This document shows, one piece after another, positions 1-10,916 of a stretch of DNA of 64,000 nucleotides. How positions within the stretch are numbered: position 1 is the stretch's first letter; every line of letters starts with the position of its first letter. The position numbers were made by a program, and so were the translations under genes. A model generated the notes under the pieces. That model was not told where the DNA came from, made no database searches, and was given only the letters and a program-made list of their open reading frames with translations. The stretch spans positions 32,001-96,000 of the forward strand of contig CAWCVB010000001.1 in assembly GCA_963798915.1 (NCBI GenBank), in the 5' to 3' direction. Source of the DNA: an uncultured Gemmatimonadales bacterium. Lineage in GTDB: Bacteria; Gemmatimonadota; Gemmatimonadetes; Gemmatimonadales; GWC2-71-9.

Positions 1-10
1 GGCGGAGCGC

Positions 11-732
<722 letters not shown>

Positions 733-733
<1 letters not shown>

Positions 734-2256
734 TGTCCAAGCGTACTGTTGTCATGAGCCTGCTGGCCCTCATCGTCCTCGCGGGCTGCAAGAAGAAGAA
801 GGAACAGGTCGCCTACCAGGCCGTGTCCGTCGAGCGGCGCGACATTGTGGTCTCCGCTCAGGCCGCGGGCACCGTGCAGCCCGACACCGTGGTGGAAGTC
901 AAGTCCAAGGCGTCCGGCGAGATCCTGAATATTCACGTGCAGACCGGGCAGGAAGTGAAGCGCGGCGATCTCATGGTCGAGGTCGATCAGCGCGTACCCC
1001 GGAATAACCTGGCGCAGGCCCAGGCCGAGCTCGAAGTGGCCAAGGCCCAGCTGACCAATGCGGAATCCAAGAAGCGCCGTGCTGACGAGCTCTACGGCTC
1101 GAAATCGATCACGCAGGAAGAGCATGAGCAGGCCTCGCTGGACTACGCCAGCGCCAAGTCTGCCGTGATCCGGGCGCAGGTCTCGGTGGAGACCGCGCGT
1201 GACCAGCTGGACGACACCAAGGTGCTGGCGCCGACCAAGGGCACCATCATTTCCCTGGCTGTCTCACGCGGCGCCGTCATCAGTTCGCCCACCAGTGCGG
1301 TGGGCGAGGGCACGGTCCTGCTGACGATGGCGGACCTTGACCTGGTGCAGGTGAAGACGCTGGTGGATGAGACCGACATCGGGAAGATCCAGCCGGGCCT
1401 CCGCGCTACCGTGACGGTGGACGCGTACCCCAACCGGCCCTTCGAAGGCCAGGTGCTCAAGATCGAGCCCCAGGCCGAGGTGCAGCAGAACGTGACCATG
1501 TTCCCGGTGCTGATCCGGATCCAGAATCAGGAGAAGCTGCTCAAGCCGGGCATGAACAGCGAAGTCGAAATCCACATCGGCCGTCGCGACAGCGTCCTGG
1601 CCATCCCGAACGCGGCGTTGCGGACCCAGCGGGACGTCGCCTCCGCGGCGCAGGTCCTCGGGCTCAATCCGGAGACGGTGCAGAAGCAACTGGCTGAGCA
1701 GCCGGCCACGCCCCAGGGTGATTCTGGCAACGGCCGCACGTCGCTCGGAGCTACTGCACCGGGCGCGGACAGCGCGGCCAAGGGCGGCAACACCATGACC
1801 TTGCCGAATGGCAGGACGGTTGCCCTCCCCGAGGGCGTCACCGAGGCGCAGATCAAGGCCATCATGGAGAAGCGCATGAAGGGCGAGCAGCCCAGTGCCG
1901 CCGAGCGCGCCATCCTGCAGAAGGCCTTCGCCGGGATGCGCGGCGGCAACGGAGCCAATCGGCCGCGCTCAAATGACACCGCCCTGTTCGGCGGCCAGTA
2001 CATCGTTTTTGTCAAACGCGGCACCGACATCAAGCCGGTCCGGATCACCACTGGCCTGACCGACCTCGACTACAGTGAAGTGACCGGTGGGCTTGAGCCC
2101 ACCGACTCGGTGCTGCTGCTGCCGAGCACGAGCCTGATCCAGTCGCAGCAGGAGTTCCAGCAGCGGGTGAACCAGATGACCGGGGGCGGCGCCGTGCCGG
2201 GCATGCGATCCAACACGACCACTGGCGGCGGTGCGCAGGCCGGCGCCAGGAGGTAG
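733..2256 (+). CDS. MacA-like periplasmic adaptor (membrane fusion protein), lipoprotein
   Basis: Lipobox LAGC, VKSKASGEI...VKRGD biotinyl-like motif, coiled hairpin, VDETDIG and LKPGM motifs; lies between ABC ATPase and permease. Confidence 0.92.
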
Positions 2257-2258
2257 GC

Positions 2259-3470
2259 ATGCTGATCAACGAGACTGTCGCTGTCGCGCTCCAGTCCATC
2301 CGGGCCAACAAGCTCCGCGCCTCGCTCACGATGCTCGGCATCGTGATCGGGGTCGGCGCGGTCATCACCATGGTGGCACTGGGCAGCGGCGCGCAGAAGG
2401 CGGTGAACGATCGCATCGCGTCGCTGGGGGCCAATACGTTCTCGGTCTTTTCCGGCCAGCAGTTCCGCGGTGGCGTCGCCCAGAATACCCGCGTCAGCCT
2501 TACGACCGACGATTACCTCGCCGTGCGGCACAATGCCCACGACATCAAGGCGGTGGTGCCCGAGTTGCAGTCCGGCATGCAGGTGCAGTTCGGCAACCAC
2601 AACGTCAACACCGACATCGTCGGCACGACGGCCAACTATCCCAAAGTCAACAACTTTACCATCACGGCGGGCCGGTTCTTCTCCGATGGCGACGACGAAT
2701 CGCGCCAGCGATATGCCGTGCTGGGCGCGGACGTGCCGGACCAGATGGAAGCCAATGGCGCCGCCATGATCGGGCAGACGCTGCTGATCCGGGGTATTCC
2801 GTTCGAGATCGTTGGCATCATGAGCCGCAAGGGCTCGCAGGGCTTCAGTAATCCGGATGAGGACATCTATATCCCACTGGGCACGGCCCAATACCGAGTC
2901 TTCGGCACCGACCGGCTCCGGTCCATGTCCATTCAGGTGGCCGATGGCATTCCCATCGAACGAGGTATGGTCGACCTGGAACGGGTGCTGCGCGCCGAGC
3001 ACAAGATCCGGCCAGGTGAGGAGAACGACTTCCGGATCCGGAACCCGCAGGACATCCTGGCCACGCAGCAGGAGGCCACCCAGGTCTTCACCATGCTGCT
3101 CGCCAGCATCGCCGCGGTCAGCCTGCTGGTGGGTGGCATCGGCATCATGAATATCATGCTGGTCTCGGTAACGGAACGCACCCGGGAGATCGGCGTCCGC
3201 AAGGCGCTTGGCGCCACCCGTGGCAACATCATGCTGCAGTTCCTGATCGAGGCGCTGACGCTCTGCCTGCTGGGCGGCATTCTCGGCATCCTGCTGGGCA
3301 CTGGCGCCGCCATCATGCTGGCCCGGCTGGCGCACTGGAATACGCTGATCTCACCGACTGCCATTATCGTCGCCTTTGGATTCAGCGCCTTCATCGGGCT
3401 GTTCTTTGGACTCTGGCCCGCACGACGGGCGGCCAGCCTGGATCCGATCGTGGCGCTTAGATACGAATAG
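2259..3470 (+). CDS. MacB/FtsX-family ABC permease
   Basis: LTMLGIVIGV, GGIGIMNIMLVSVTERTREIGVRKALGA, C-terminal PARRAASLDPIVALRYE. Confidence 0.95.
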   Translation: MLINETVAVALQSIRANKLRASLTMLGIVIGVGAVITMVALGSGAQKAVNDRIASLGANTFSVFSGQQFRGGVAQNTRVSLTTDDYLAVRHNAHDIKAVVPELQSGMQVQFGNHNVNTDIVGTTANYPKVNNFTITAGRFFSDGDDESRQRYAVLGADVPDQMEANGAAMIGQTLLIRGIPFEIVGIMSRKGSQGFSNPDEDIYIPLGTAQYRVFGTDRLRSMSIQVADGIPIERGMVDLERVLRAEHKIRPGEENDFRIRNPQDILATQQEATQVFTMLLASIAAVSLLVGGIGIMNIMLVSVTERTREIGVRKALGATRGNIMLQFLIEALTLCLLGGILGILLGTGAAIMLARLAHWNTLISPTAIIVAFGFSAFIGLFFGLWPARRAASLDPIVALRYE

Positions 3471-3559
3471 GCGGCGCGAGAGAATCAGATTTCTCGACAA
3501 GTGGTGCGAAGAGCCGCATAGTAGCGTGGCTGATAGATCCCTGCCACAGGAGCAAGGCC

Positions 3560-4747
3560 ATGCTGCCCCCCATCCTTCCGATGGCCGTTGTCCTGTGTTG
3601 CGGTGCCTGTGCCGCTTGTTCCACACCAAGCGATACTTCGTTGGTTTCGGCAAGCCGACCTGCTACGACCCGCGCTGTCGACGAGCCTTCGTCTCGACTC
3701 GACATTCAACAAGAGCGCCAGCTCCTGCGTGGCGCCGCCAAGGCCGTGGCCATATCGCTTCGCTCCCCGCAGAATCGGCGCCGCCTCGCCAACTTGATGG
3801 CAGAATCACAAGATGCCGACTGGAGTGTCGACCTCTTCCAATATCTTGCTGCTGCCGACCTGTTCATTGGCTCCGCTGGAGCGGCGGAACTTTCTTCCAT
3901 GGCCGACTTTGCCCTCACCATGCCAGTCTTGGAGCGCCGTGCCAATTGGGTGTCCCACGATGATCTCGGGGTTGTCGCGATGCTCTTCGATGGCGACTCC
4001 CTGATAGGCTACAACCTTGATGGCAGCCCATTACGAGGTCTGAATTACGACGGTCCGCCCGCAGTGCCAGTAATCGTGATGTCCCGCCGTCAAGCCGGAG
4101 CATATCCTGACGGACCTGGCTTAACTGTCGTTCCGTTCCAGCAATGCCAGCCGGAAAATGGCTGTGATGGAGGAGGCGGCGGCGGCACCGCTGGGGGTGG
4201 AGGCGGCGGCGGTACCGGCGGCGGCGACCCGCTACTCAGGCTCGCAAGCATCGAGATTACTGACGATAACGAAAGCTGGACCGCGGGACATCCTGAGTTC
4301 GAGATTTGGGCAATGGCCGTAGATTCGCTAGGTGAGCCCTTGCTCCGCTGGCGTGACACGGGTTTTCCCGAGTACCTGACCGTTCACGAGGCGGTGGCGG
4401 GGAGCTGCATAAGCGAAGCATGGCCAAGTGGGAGCACAAAATATTGGAATCTTGATGCGATCAACACCTTGACCAACTATGGTTCTACTGGTCCAATCGT
4501 GTTCATCGATACCAACCCACCCGCCTTGGCCCAATTCAGCTGGGCCGTTTGGGTAACTGAAAATGACGATATCTATCCATGCAGCTCCGCCAACGCTCTC
4601 GAAGTTCCTTCGATCGGGGATGTCGGTGGATTTCTCAGTAATGATGATGATCCAGTTGGACTGTTCACGATGGAAAATCCGATCAACGCAATGTCTCGCG
4701 CGAACGTGATGGACGTCCGAAGTATTTCACTCACGTATGCTCCATGA
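3560..4747 (+). CDS. Hypothetical exported (lipo)protein with poly-Gly linker; C-terminal domain reminiscent of DUF3103
   Basis: 395-aa ORF with Cys-containing signal region, GGGGGGTAGGGGGGGTGGG linker and DDNESWTAGHPEFEIW motif; more A/T at third positions than neighbours. Confidence 0.6.
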   Translation: MLPPILPMAVVLCCGACAACSTPSDTSLVSASRPATTRAVDEPSSRLDIQQERQLLRGAAKAVAISLRSPQNRRRLANLMAESQDADWSVDLFQYLAAADLFIGSAGAAELSSMADFALTMPVLERRANWVSHDDLGVVAMLFDGDSLIGYNLDGSPLRGLNYDGPPAVPVIVMSRRQAGAYPDGPGLTVVPFQQCQPENGCDGGGGGGTAGGGGGGGTGGGDPLLRLASIEITDDNESWTAGHPEFEIWAMAVDSLGEPLLRWRDTGFPEYLTVHEAVAGSCISEAWPSGSTKYWNLDAINTLTNYGSTGPIVFIDTNPPALAQFSWAVWVTENDDIYPCSSANALEVPSIGDVGGFLSNDDDPVGLFTMENPINAMSRANVMDVRSISLTYAP

Positions 4748-4765
4748 CATCCATAAAGCATTCAA

Positions 4766-5338
4766 ATGCGGGCTGAGCTCCGCTTTTGGGTATTGCTTCT
4801 GCCGATTGCTTTCGCCAGCCCGGCACTGGCTCAAGGCTTCGCCGGCGCCGACTTTTCGGTCGGCACCGGGAAAGTCCGTAGCCACTGCAGCAATTGTACG
4901 GGCATTCAGCCCAGTCCGTTCGCCGGGCTCTCACTGGCCGTCTCAGCTCGGCTCCGTATTGCTCACCACCTCCAAGTTGCTGCGATAGGCATGTCGAATC
5001 ATGGCGTCAAAGGGCAGGAGGCGAGGACGCTGAACTTTGCCGGTGCCTTCTTTGGGGCGGTGCCACCCGCCCTGGACCACCTATTGCTGTATGGAGGCGT
5101 CGGATATCAGTGGTACAAGCACGACTTCAAATCGATCTCAGCCCGCGAAGAAGCGGATAGCCCGGCGATGCTGGCAGGAGTGGAATATCAGATTCGCCTG
5201 CTCCGCCAGCTCGCAATAAGCCCATACCTGGATGTTGTCTTTGCCTTCCGCTCGCAGGCAACACTGAACGATCGGCCGTCAGTGTCCGTTGCACCCCGTC
5301 TGCTCCATGCAGGACTCCGATTAGGCGTTGCACCGTAG
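4766..5338 (+). CDS. Putative small outer-membrane beta-barrel protein
   Basis: Signal peptide ending ALA-Q, alternating amphipathic strands (YGGVGYQW, AGVEYQI, HAGLRLGV), CSNC loop. Confidence 0.6.
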   Translation: MRAELRFWVLLLPIAFASPALAQGFAGADFSVGTGKVRSHCSNCTGIQPSPFAGLSLAVSARLRIAHHLQVAAIGMSNHGVKGQEARTLNFAGAFFGAVPPALDHLLLYGGVGYQWYKHDFKSISAREEADSPAMLAGVEYQIRLLRQLAISPYLDVVFAFRSQATLNDRPSVSVAPRLLHAGLRLGVAP

Positions 5339-5410
5339 CTGGTAGTCGCTTGGCCGGCAATGGTACTTACGACGTAGGTTCTGCCCCGACGCGATGTTAT
5401 TTTGCCCGCC

Positions 5411-7678
5411 ATGCACGTTTCATATTTAGCACTCGCAATCATCCTGCAGGACACCACGTCGCCTTCGGCTCGCCCGAGGGAGACCGTGACCATTCCGCGT
5501 ATCGAAGCGTCGGCGGTCGTGGATGGCCGGCTGGATGAGCCGGTGTGGCAGCAGGCCGCCGAGCTCTCAAATTTCCATCAGTGGATGCCGGTGGACGGCC
5601 GGCCGGCCGAAGAGCGAACTGTGGTCCGGATGTGGTATGCGCCCGACGCCGTCTGGGTGGGGATCAGGGCCTACGATCGTCAGCCAGGCAGCGTCCATGC
5701 GACGGTGGCCGATCGTGACAACCTCGGCAACGACGACCAGGTCTCGATCTATCTCGACACCTTCGGCGACCGCCGCAGGGCCTACGTCTTTACCGTGAAC
5801 CCGCTGGGCCAGCAGCAGGATGGCGTCCGGAGCGAGGGCGGTAATCAGGCGGCCTCGCTCACCGGAGGCACCGATGACCTGAGCCCTGATTTCCTGTGGC
5901 AATCCAAGGGCATGCGCACCGACTCAGGGTACGTGGTCGAGCTTCGCATCCCCTTCAAGAGCCTTCGCTACCCCACCGCCGACCGCCAGGCCTGGGGCCT
6001 CAATGTGGTGCGCGAGACCCGGCGCACCGGCTACACCGATACCTGGACCAACGTGCGCCGGGCCAGCGCCAGCTTCCTGGCGCAGGGCGGCCTGATGACC
6101 GGCCTGCACGACATGAAGCGGGGCGTCGTCGTCGAGGCCCAACCGTTTGTCACCGCATCGGCCAATGGTGCGCGGACTCCAGCGGGCGACTTCGAGCGTG
6201 GCAAGATGGACGGGTCTGCCGGCATGAACGTCAAGCTCGGCTTCACCGCCATGACGCTCGACGCCACCTGGAACCCGGACTTCAGCCAGGTCGAAGCCGA
6301 CCAGGGCGTGGTGACGGTCAATGAGCGCTTCGCCATTTTTTTCGAGGAGCGCCGTCCCTTCTTCCTCGAGGGTATCGAACTCTTCTCGACGCCCAACCGG
6401 CTGGTCTATACCCGTGAGATTGTCGACCCGATCGCTGGCGCCAAGTTTACCGGCAAGTTCGGTCGCGTGGGCGTCGCCCATCTGACGGCCGTGGACGAAG
6501 CCGGCGACCGGAATGCCCTGTTCAACATCACCCGCATCCGCCGGGACCTGGGCGAGAACTCACTCGCCGGCGTCACCTACACCGACCGGGTGAGCGGCGA
6601 TGACTACAACCGGGTGCTGTCGGGCGACACGCGGATCGTCTTCGGCCGGATGTACTTTGCCCAGGCGCAGCTGGGCCAGGCATGGACCCGCGACAATGCC
6701 GGCAGCCGCACCGGGCAGATCTGGCAGGGACAGCTCGACCGGACCGGCCGGTCCTGGGGATTCAACTACCAGATCAACGGCCTGAGCGACGGTTTCGAGA
6801 CCCGATCCGGGTTCGTGAACCGGGTCGGCATCGTCAAGGGCCACATCATGAACCGGTTCTCGATTTACGGAAAGCCGGGAGCGTTGCTCGAGACTGCCAC
6901 GGTCTTCTTCGGCCCGGACCGCACCTGGGACTATGACACCTTCCTGAGCGACGGTCCCATCGAAGGGTCGGACGATGCCAACTTGAGCTTCCGGCTGCGG
7001 GGCGGCTGGCAGATCAACCCCAGACTCTCGCGCGCTTTCGTCCACTTCCTGCCCGAGGACTATGCCGGCTACCGTCTGGGTGGTGCGACAACCGACCCCT
7101 TCATGCCACGGCCGGAGCTGAACAACGCCTTTACCTCGTCGCTGCAGGTCTCGACGCCGACCTGGCGGTGGGGCGACGTCGAAGCCAACGTCCGGTACGG
7201 TGAAACAGCCATCTTCCCGGAAGCCGCCGAGGGACGGGAGCTGCGCGCCACGACAGGGGTGAGCCTCCGCCCGCAACGCTCGGTGCGGACCACTTTCGAC
7301 CTGACGTGGTCGCGCATCACCCGCGAACGGGACGCGAGCGAGTTCGCCCGAACCATCATTCCGCACGTCAAGCTCGAGTACCAGCCGACTCGCGCATTGT
7401 TCTTCCGCTTCATCGGGGAGTACCAATCGCAACGCCGATCGGCACTGAGGGATGAGGCCACCGGGAGGCCGCTGCTGATTGATGGACTGGCACAGCCGGC
7501 CACGCTCTCCAACACGTTCCGCATGGACTGGCTCGCCTCGTACGAGCCGAGCCCGGGCACGGTGCTCTTCCTTGGCTATGGCTCGACCATGGCCGACGAA
7601 GGCACGCTGAGCTTCCGGAATCTCACCCGGCAGACCGACGGCCTGTTCCTGAAGGCAGCGTATCGGCTACGGCGATAG
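5411..7678 (+). CDS. CBM9-like / DUF5916 outer-membrane protein
   Basis: VDGRLDEPVW, YVVELRIPFKSLRY, NPDFSQVEAD, FFEERRPFFLEG motifs; C-terminal LFLKAAYRLRR beta-signal. Confidence 0.85.
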   Translation: MHVSYLALAIILQDTTSPSARPRETVTIPRIEASAVVDGRLDEPVWQQAAELSNFHQWMPVDGRPAEERTVVRMWYAPDAVWVGIRAYDRQPGSVHATVADRDNLGNDDQVSIYLDTFGDRRRAYVFTVNPLGQQQDGVRSEGGNQAASLTGGTDDLSPDFLWQSKGMRTDSGYVVELRIPFKSLRYPTADRQAWGLNVVRETRRTGYTDTWTNVRRASASFLAQGGLMTGLHDMKRGVVVEAQPFVTASANGARTPAGDFERGKMDGSAGMNVKLGFTAMTLDATWNPDFSQVEADQGVVTVNERFAIFFEERRPFFLEGIELFSTPNRLVYTREIVDPIAGAKFTGKFGRVGVAHLTAVDEAGDRNALFNITRIRRDLGENSLAGVTYTDRVSGDDYNRVLSGDTRIVFGRMYFAQAQLGQAWTRDNAGSRTGQIWQGQLDRTGRSWGFNYQINGLSDGFETRSGFVNRVGIVKGHIMNRFSIYGKPGALLETATVFFGPDRTWDYDTFLSDGPIEGSDDANLSFRLRGGWQINPRLSRAFVHFLPEDYAGYRLGGATTDPFMPRPELNNAFTSSLQVSTPTWRWGDVEANVRYGETAIFPEAAEGRELRATTGVSLRPQRSVRTTFDLTWSRITRERDASEFARTIIPHVKLEYQPTRALFFRFIGEYQSQRRSALRDEATGRPLLIDGLAQPATLSNTFRMDWLASYEPSPGTVLFLGYGSTMADEGTLSFRNLTRQTDGLFLKAAYRLRR

Positions 7679-7788
7679 GGCAGGATGGGCAGGATGGGCA
7701 GGATGGGCAGGATGGGCAGGATGGGCAGGCCGAAGCTCGCCGGGCATCACCCGCCCATCTAGCCCATCCTGCCCATCCCGCCCATCTT
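7678..7788. repeat. Inverted pair of 9-bp tandem arrays: (GGGCAGGAT)x5 plus partial, linker CGAAGCTCGCC, then (GCCCATCYN)x4
   Basis: Read directly; forward array begins on the last base of the upstream TAG. Confidence 0.95.
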
Positions 7789-7794
7789 CCGTCC

Positions 7795-8472
7795 ATGCCC
7801 TTACACCCTGCCGGGACCAAGCGCCACCATGGGCTCGTGCGCCTCACGCACTGGCTCAACGCGGCCCTGCTGGCTGGCATGATCGCGAGCGGATTGCAGA
7901 TCTATCTCGCCTTTCCGCACATCGGGCAGAAGGGCCGGGTGTTCGATGTGCCCAACCCGTTCGACATGCAGCGATTTCCCGAGTGGGCGCGGCTGGGCGG
8001 CTGGCTGGGTGGCGGGCTCAACTGGCACTTTGCGCTGGCCTGGCCGTTCGTCCTTTGCGGACTGGCGTACATCCTGTTCCTGGGAATCAAGGGCGAGTGG
8101 CGCTCGCTCCTTTTCCGCCCCAGGGACACCGGCCCCGCCATTCAGATGCAGCTCTACTACATGCGGCTGCGCAAGGACGAGCCGCCCCAGGGCAAGCACA
8201 ACGCGCTCCAGAAGTTTGCCTATACCGCGATCCTGATCCTCGCCACCATCTCGGTACTCTCGGGATTCGCCATCTACAAGCCGATCCAATTGTCCTGGCT
8301 GGTGTCACTCTTTGGCGGCTACGAACTGGCGCGGTACTGGCATTTCGTCGCGGTCTGGCTGTTCGTCGCATTTACGATCGTCCATGTGCTGGCCGTTTTC
8401 CTCTCAGATCCAGCATCGCTCAGAGGCATGATTACGGGGTGGTACCGTGGGAGGCATGTGTCCAATGAGTGA
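7795..8472 (+). CDS. Cytochrome b/b6-domain membrane protein (YdhU/thiosulfate-reductase cytochrome b type)
   Basis: RLTHWLNA, WHFALAW, KHNALQK, YWHF...VHV heme-ligand histidines in four TM helices. Confidence 0.85.
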   Translation: MPLHPAGTKRHHGLVRLTHWLNAALLAGMIASGLQIYLAFPHIGQKGRVFDVPNPFDMQRFPEWARLGGWLGGGLNWHFALAWPFVLCGLAYILFLGIKGEWRSLLFRPRDTGPAIQMQLYYMRLRKDEPPQGKHNALQKFAYTAILILATISVLSGFAIYKPIQLSWLVSLFGGYELARYWHFVAVWLFVAFTIVHVLAVFLSDPASLRGMITGWYRGRHVSNE

Positions 8473-9266
8473 TGAGGGACGAGGGACGGCGGTAGGAGTC
8501 AACGGTCGACCGTCGAGGTCGACCGTAGACCGTCTGACCGTCGCCACTTTGCGATCGCCGAGATTTTCTGCACCTCGCCTCTATCGCGGGGCCCGCGTCG
8601 CTGCTCGCCGCCTGCGGCTGGGATGGCGGGCCGCTGATTCAGCCGAAGCTCCGCAGTATCTCCCGCATCAATGACTGGGTGGGAGAGCACGTGCTGCAAA
8701 GCAACAGCCGACTGGCCCGCACCTACGCCGCTTCGGAACGAAGCGGCAGGATGCCCGCGTATCACGTCGCGCCCCGCATCCCTGAACTGGAGGAGCCGGC
8801 CCGGTGGTCGCTCCAGGTGGATGGACTGGTGCGGAAGCCGGGCGCGTTCACCATGGACATGCTGCAGGCCATGCCCCCGCTGTCCTACACGGTGAAGCAC
8901 CATTGCGTGGAGGGCTGGACCGCCGTCGCGTCGTGGGCCGGCGTTCCGTTCAGCACGCTGGCAGCGATGGTGGAGCCGATGCCGGACGCCCGCTTTGTGA
9001 AGTTCAGTGCGTTCGAGCTGGACTCGCACGGTACCCGTTACACCAACGGCTGGGACATGAAGAGTGCCATGCATCCCCAGACGATGCTCGCCTATGGCTT
9101 CAACGACCGCCCGCTCACGCCTGATCACGGAGCGCCTTTGCGGCTCTACGCGCCCATCAAGCTGGGCTACAAGCTGACCAAGTACCTCGACCGCATCACG
9201 TTCACCCGCGAGCGCCCGGGCGGCTACTGGGAAGACAAGGGTTACCCCTGGCTGGCGGGACTGTAG
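8465..9266 (+). CDS. Molybdopterin-dependent oxidoreductase (sulfite oxidase/MsrP family), Tat lipoprotein; apparent one-base frameshift near 8552
   Basis: HHCVEGW, HGAPLRL, KLGYKLTKY, GGYWED motifs. The same frame carries DRRDFL...LLAAC from 8553 but has TGA at 8535 and no start; ATG 8465 is one base out of frame. Confidence 0.8.
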
Positions 9267-9364
9267 GCAGGATGGGCAGGATGGGCAGGATGGGCAGGTC
9301 GGAGCCCGCTGGCGCGTCATTGCGAGGAGAGCAATCGGCCCATCTCGCCCATCTTGCCCATCCG
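9266..9364. repeat. 9-bp tandem array (GGCAGGATG)x3 plus partial, truncated GTCATTGCGAG cassette, inverted array
   Basis: Read directly; array starts at the TAG of the oxidoreductase. Confidence 0.9.
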
Positions 9365-9379
9365 AAGCCATATTCAAGT

Positions 9380-10375
9380 ATGATCTCCTCTCTCATAATC
9401 GGCACCGGCATGGCGGTCCCCGACCGAGTCGTCACCAACGACGATCTCTCGGCAATCATGGACACCAGCGACCAGTGGATCCGCGAGCGCACCGGCATCG
9501 CCGAGCGGCGCTGGGTGAGAGAGGGAGAGACCGGCGTAGAGCTGGGCGCGGCGGCCAGCCGGGCAGCGCTGGCCGCCGCCGGCTTCGGCGCTGGTGATCT
9601 CGACGCCATCGTATACGCCACCTGTTCGCCCGATCACTTCGCCCCCGGCAACGGAGTGTTCCTGCAGCAGACGCTGGGCGCCGGCAACATCCCCGCGCTC
9701 GACGTGCGGGCCCAGTGCAGCGGATTCATCTACGCGCTGTCAGTGGCCGATGCCTGGATCAGGAGCGGCATGTACCGCACCGTGCTCGTGGTCGGCCAGG
9801 AGATTCAGAGCACTGGTCTCGATGTTTCGTCCGCCGGTCGCAACACGGCGGTCATCTTTGCTGACGGTGCCGGCGCAGCGGTTCTGACCGCCGCAGACGA
9901 GGCCAATCGCGGTGTTCTTGGCTTTGACCTCCACAGTGACGGCGCCAACGCCGAGAAGCTCTGGGTGGATGCTCCGGGGTCGATGTACCATCCTCGGGTC
10001 AGCACGGCGCAGCTGGAGCAGGGCCGGCACTTTCTCCAGATGGACGGTCGCGACGTGTTCCGGCACGCGGTGGTCCGCATGCCGGAATCGGTGATGAGCC
10101 TGCTGGACCGGCTCGGCCTTTCGCGGTCCGATATTGCGCTGCTGATTCCTCATCAGGCCAACCTCAGGATTTCCGAAGCCGTCCAGAAATCCCTCCACTT
10201 GGACGATTCGCAGGTGTACAACAACATCGACAGATATGGGAACACCACGGCCGCGACTATTCCCATCGCCCTTGACGAATGCGTGCGAGCAGGGCGGATT
10301 TCGCGGGGAGACCTGGTGGTGTTGACGGCCTTCGGATCGGGATTCATGTGGGGGAGTGCGGCGGTGAGGTGGTAG
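9380..10375 (+). CDS. fabH: 3-oxoacyl-ACP synthase III
   Basis: DTSDQWIRERTGI; catalytic Cys (AQCSGF), His (PHQANLRI) and Asn (YGNTTAATIP); FGSG. Confidence 0.93.
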   Translation: MISSLIIGTGMAVPDRVVTNDDLSAIMDTSDQWIRERTGIAERRWVREGETGVELGAAASRAALAAAGFGAGDLDAIVYATCSPDHFAPGNGVFLQQTLGAGNIPALDVRAQCSGFIYALSVADAWIRSGMYRTVLVVGQEIQSTGLDVSSAGRNTAVIFADGAGAAVLTAADEANRGVLGFDLHSDGANAEKLWVDAPGSMYHPRVSTAQLEQGRHFLQMDGRDVFRHAVVRMPESVMSLLDRLGLSRSDIALLIPHQANLRISEAVQKSLHLDDSQVYNNIDRYGNTTAATIPIALDECVRAGRISRGDLVVLTAFGSGFMWGSAAVRW

Positions 10376-10441
10376 GCAGGATGGGCAGGATGGGCAGGAT
10401 GGGCAGGATGGGCAGGATGGGCAGGATGGTCGAAGTTCGCC
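10375..10441 (+). repeat. (GGCAGGATG)x6 tandem array followed by CGAAGTTCGCC linker
   Basis: Six perfect units at 10375-10428, starting on the fabH TAG. Confidence 0.95.
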
Positions 10442-10559
10442 TTGTCGTCACCTCTGCGACCGTGGGGCTGACGGTTTCCATCCGCCCAGCGAGCCGCCGT
10501 GAAACCCACCGGCCTGTCGTTCCGTAGTGCAACACCGTGAGACTCGAACCCCAGATTGG

Positions 10560-10859
10560 ATGGACCCCATGCTAGGCACAATCCTCACTGCCGCCACGAT
10601 TGCCTTCGGCATATTCGGATTCGTCGTGAGCCGGAATTTCGTGCGCAATCGCCTTCGCTTCGTTGATGCGGTGCGCTCGCCCATTGCGCCGATGGCAGCC
10701 GGGATTCTGGCCTTCCTGGTGGCCTGGCCGCTCAGCATCCTGCCCTTCATCGGTATCTCGACCGCGGTCGTGTTCGGCTTTGCCTGCGCCTTTGGCACCG
10801 CCAGCGGCATCAAGGCGCTGCGCCGCGGCGACTATAACGAGCGGCAGATCCGGGCGTAG
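10560..10859 (+). CDS. Small hypothetical membrane protein (2-3 TM)
   Basis: Hydrophobic segments flanking FVRNRLRFVDAV; typical codon usage. Confidence 0.7.
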   Translation: MDPMLGTILTAATIAFGIFGFVVSRNFVRNRLRFVDAVRSPIAPMAAGILAFLVAWPLSILPFIGISTAVVFGFACAFGTASGIKALRRGDYNERQIRA

Positions 10860-10902
10860 GGACGCCAAATTCCGTATGGGGCAGAGCCATGGCTCTGCCC
10901 AT
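10856..10902. repeat. REP-like palindrome GGGCAGAGCCATGGCTCTGCCC, preceded by GTAG
   Basis: Perfect 22-bp palindrome at 10879-10900; its core resembles the 17438-17495 element. Confidence 0.75.
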
Positions 10903-10916
10903 GCTATCTTGGAGCC

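Noticed and set aside
9272..9379. ORF-track N-terminal extensions such as MGRMGRMGR (fabH), and those at 14388, 15798 and 41930
   Set aside because: They are translations of intergenic repeat arrays; family homology begins at downstream starts.
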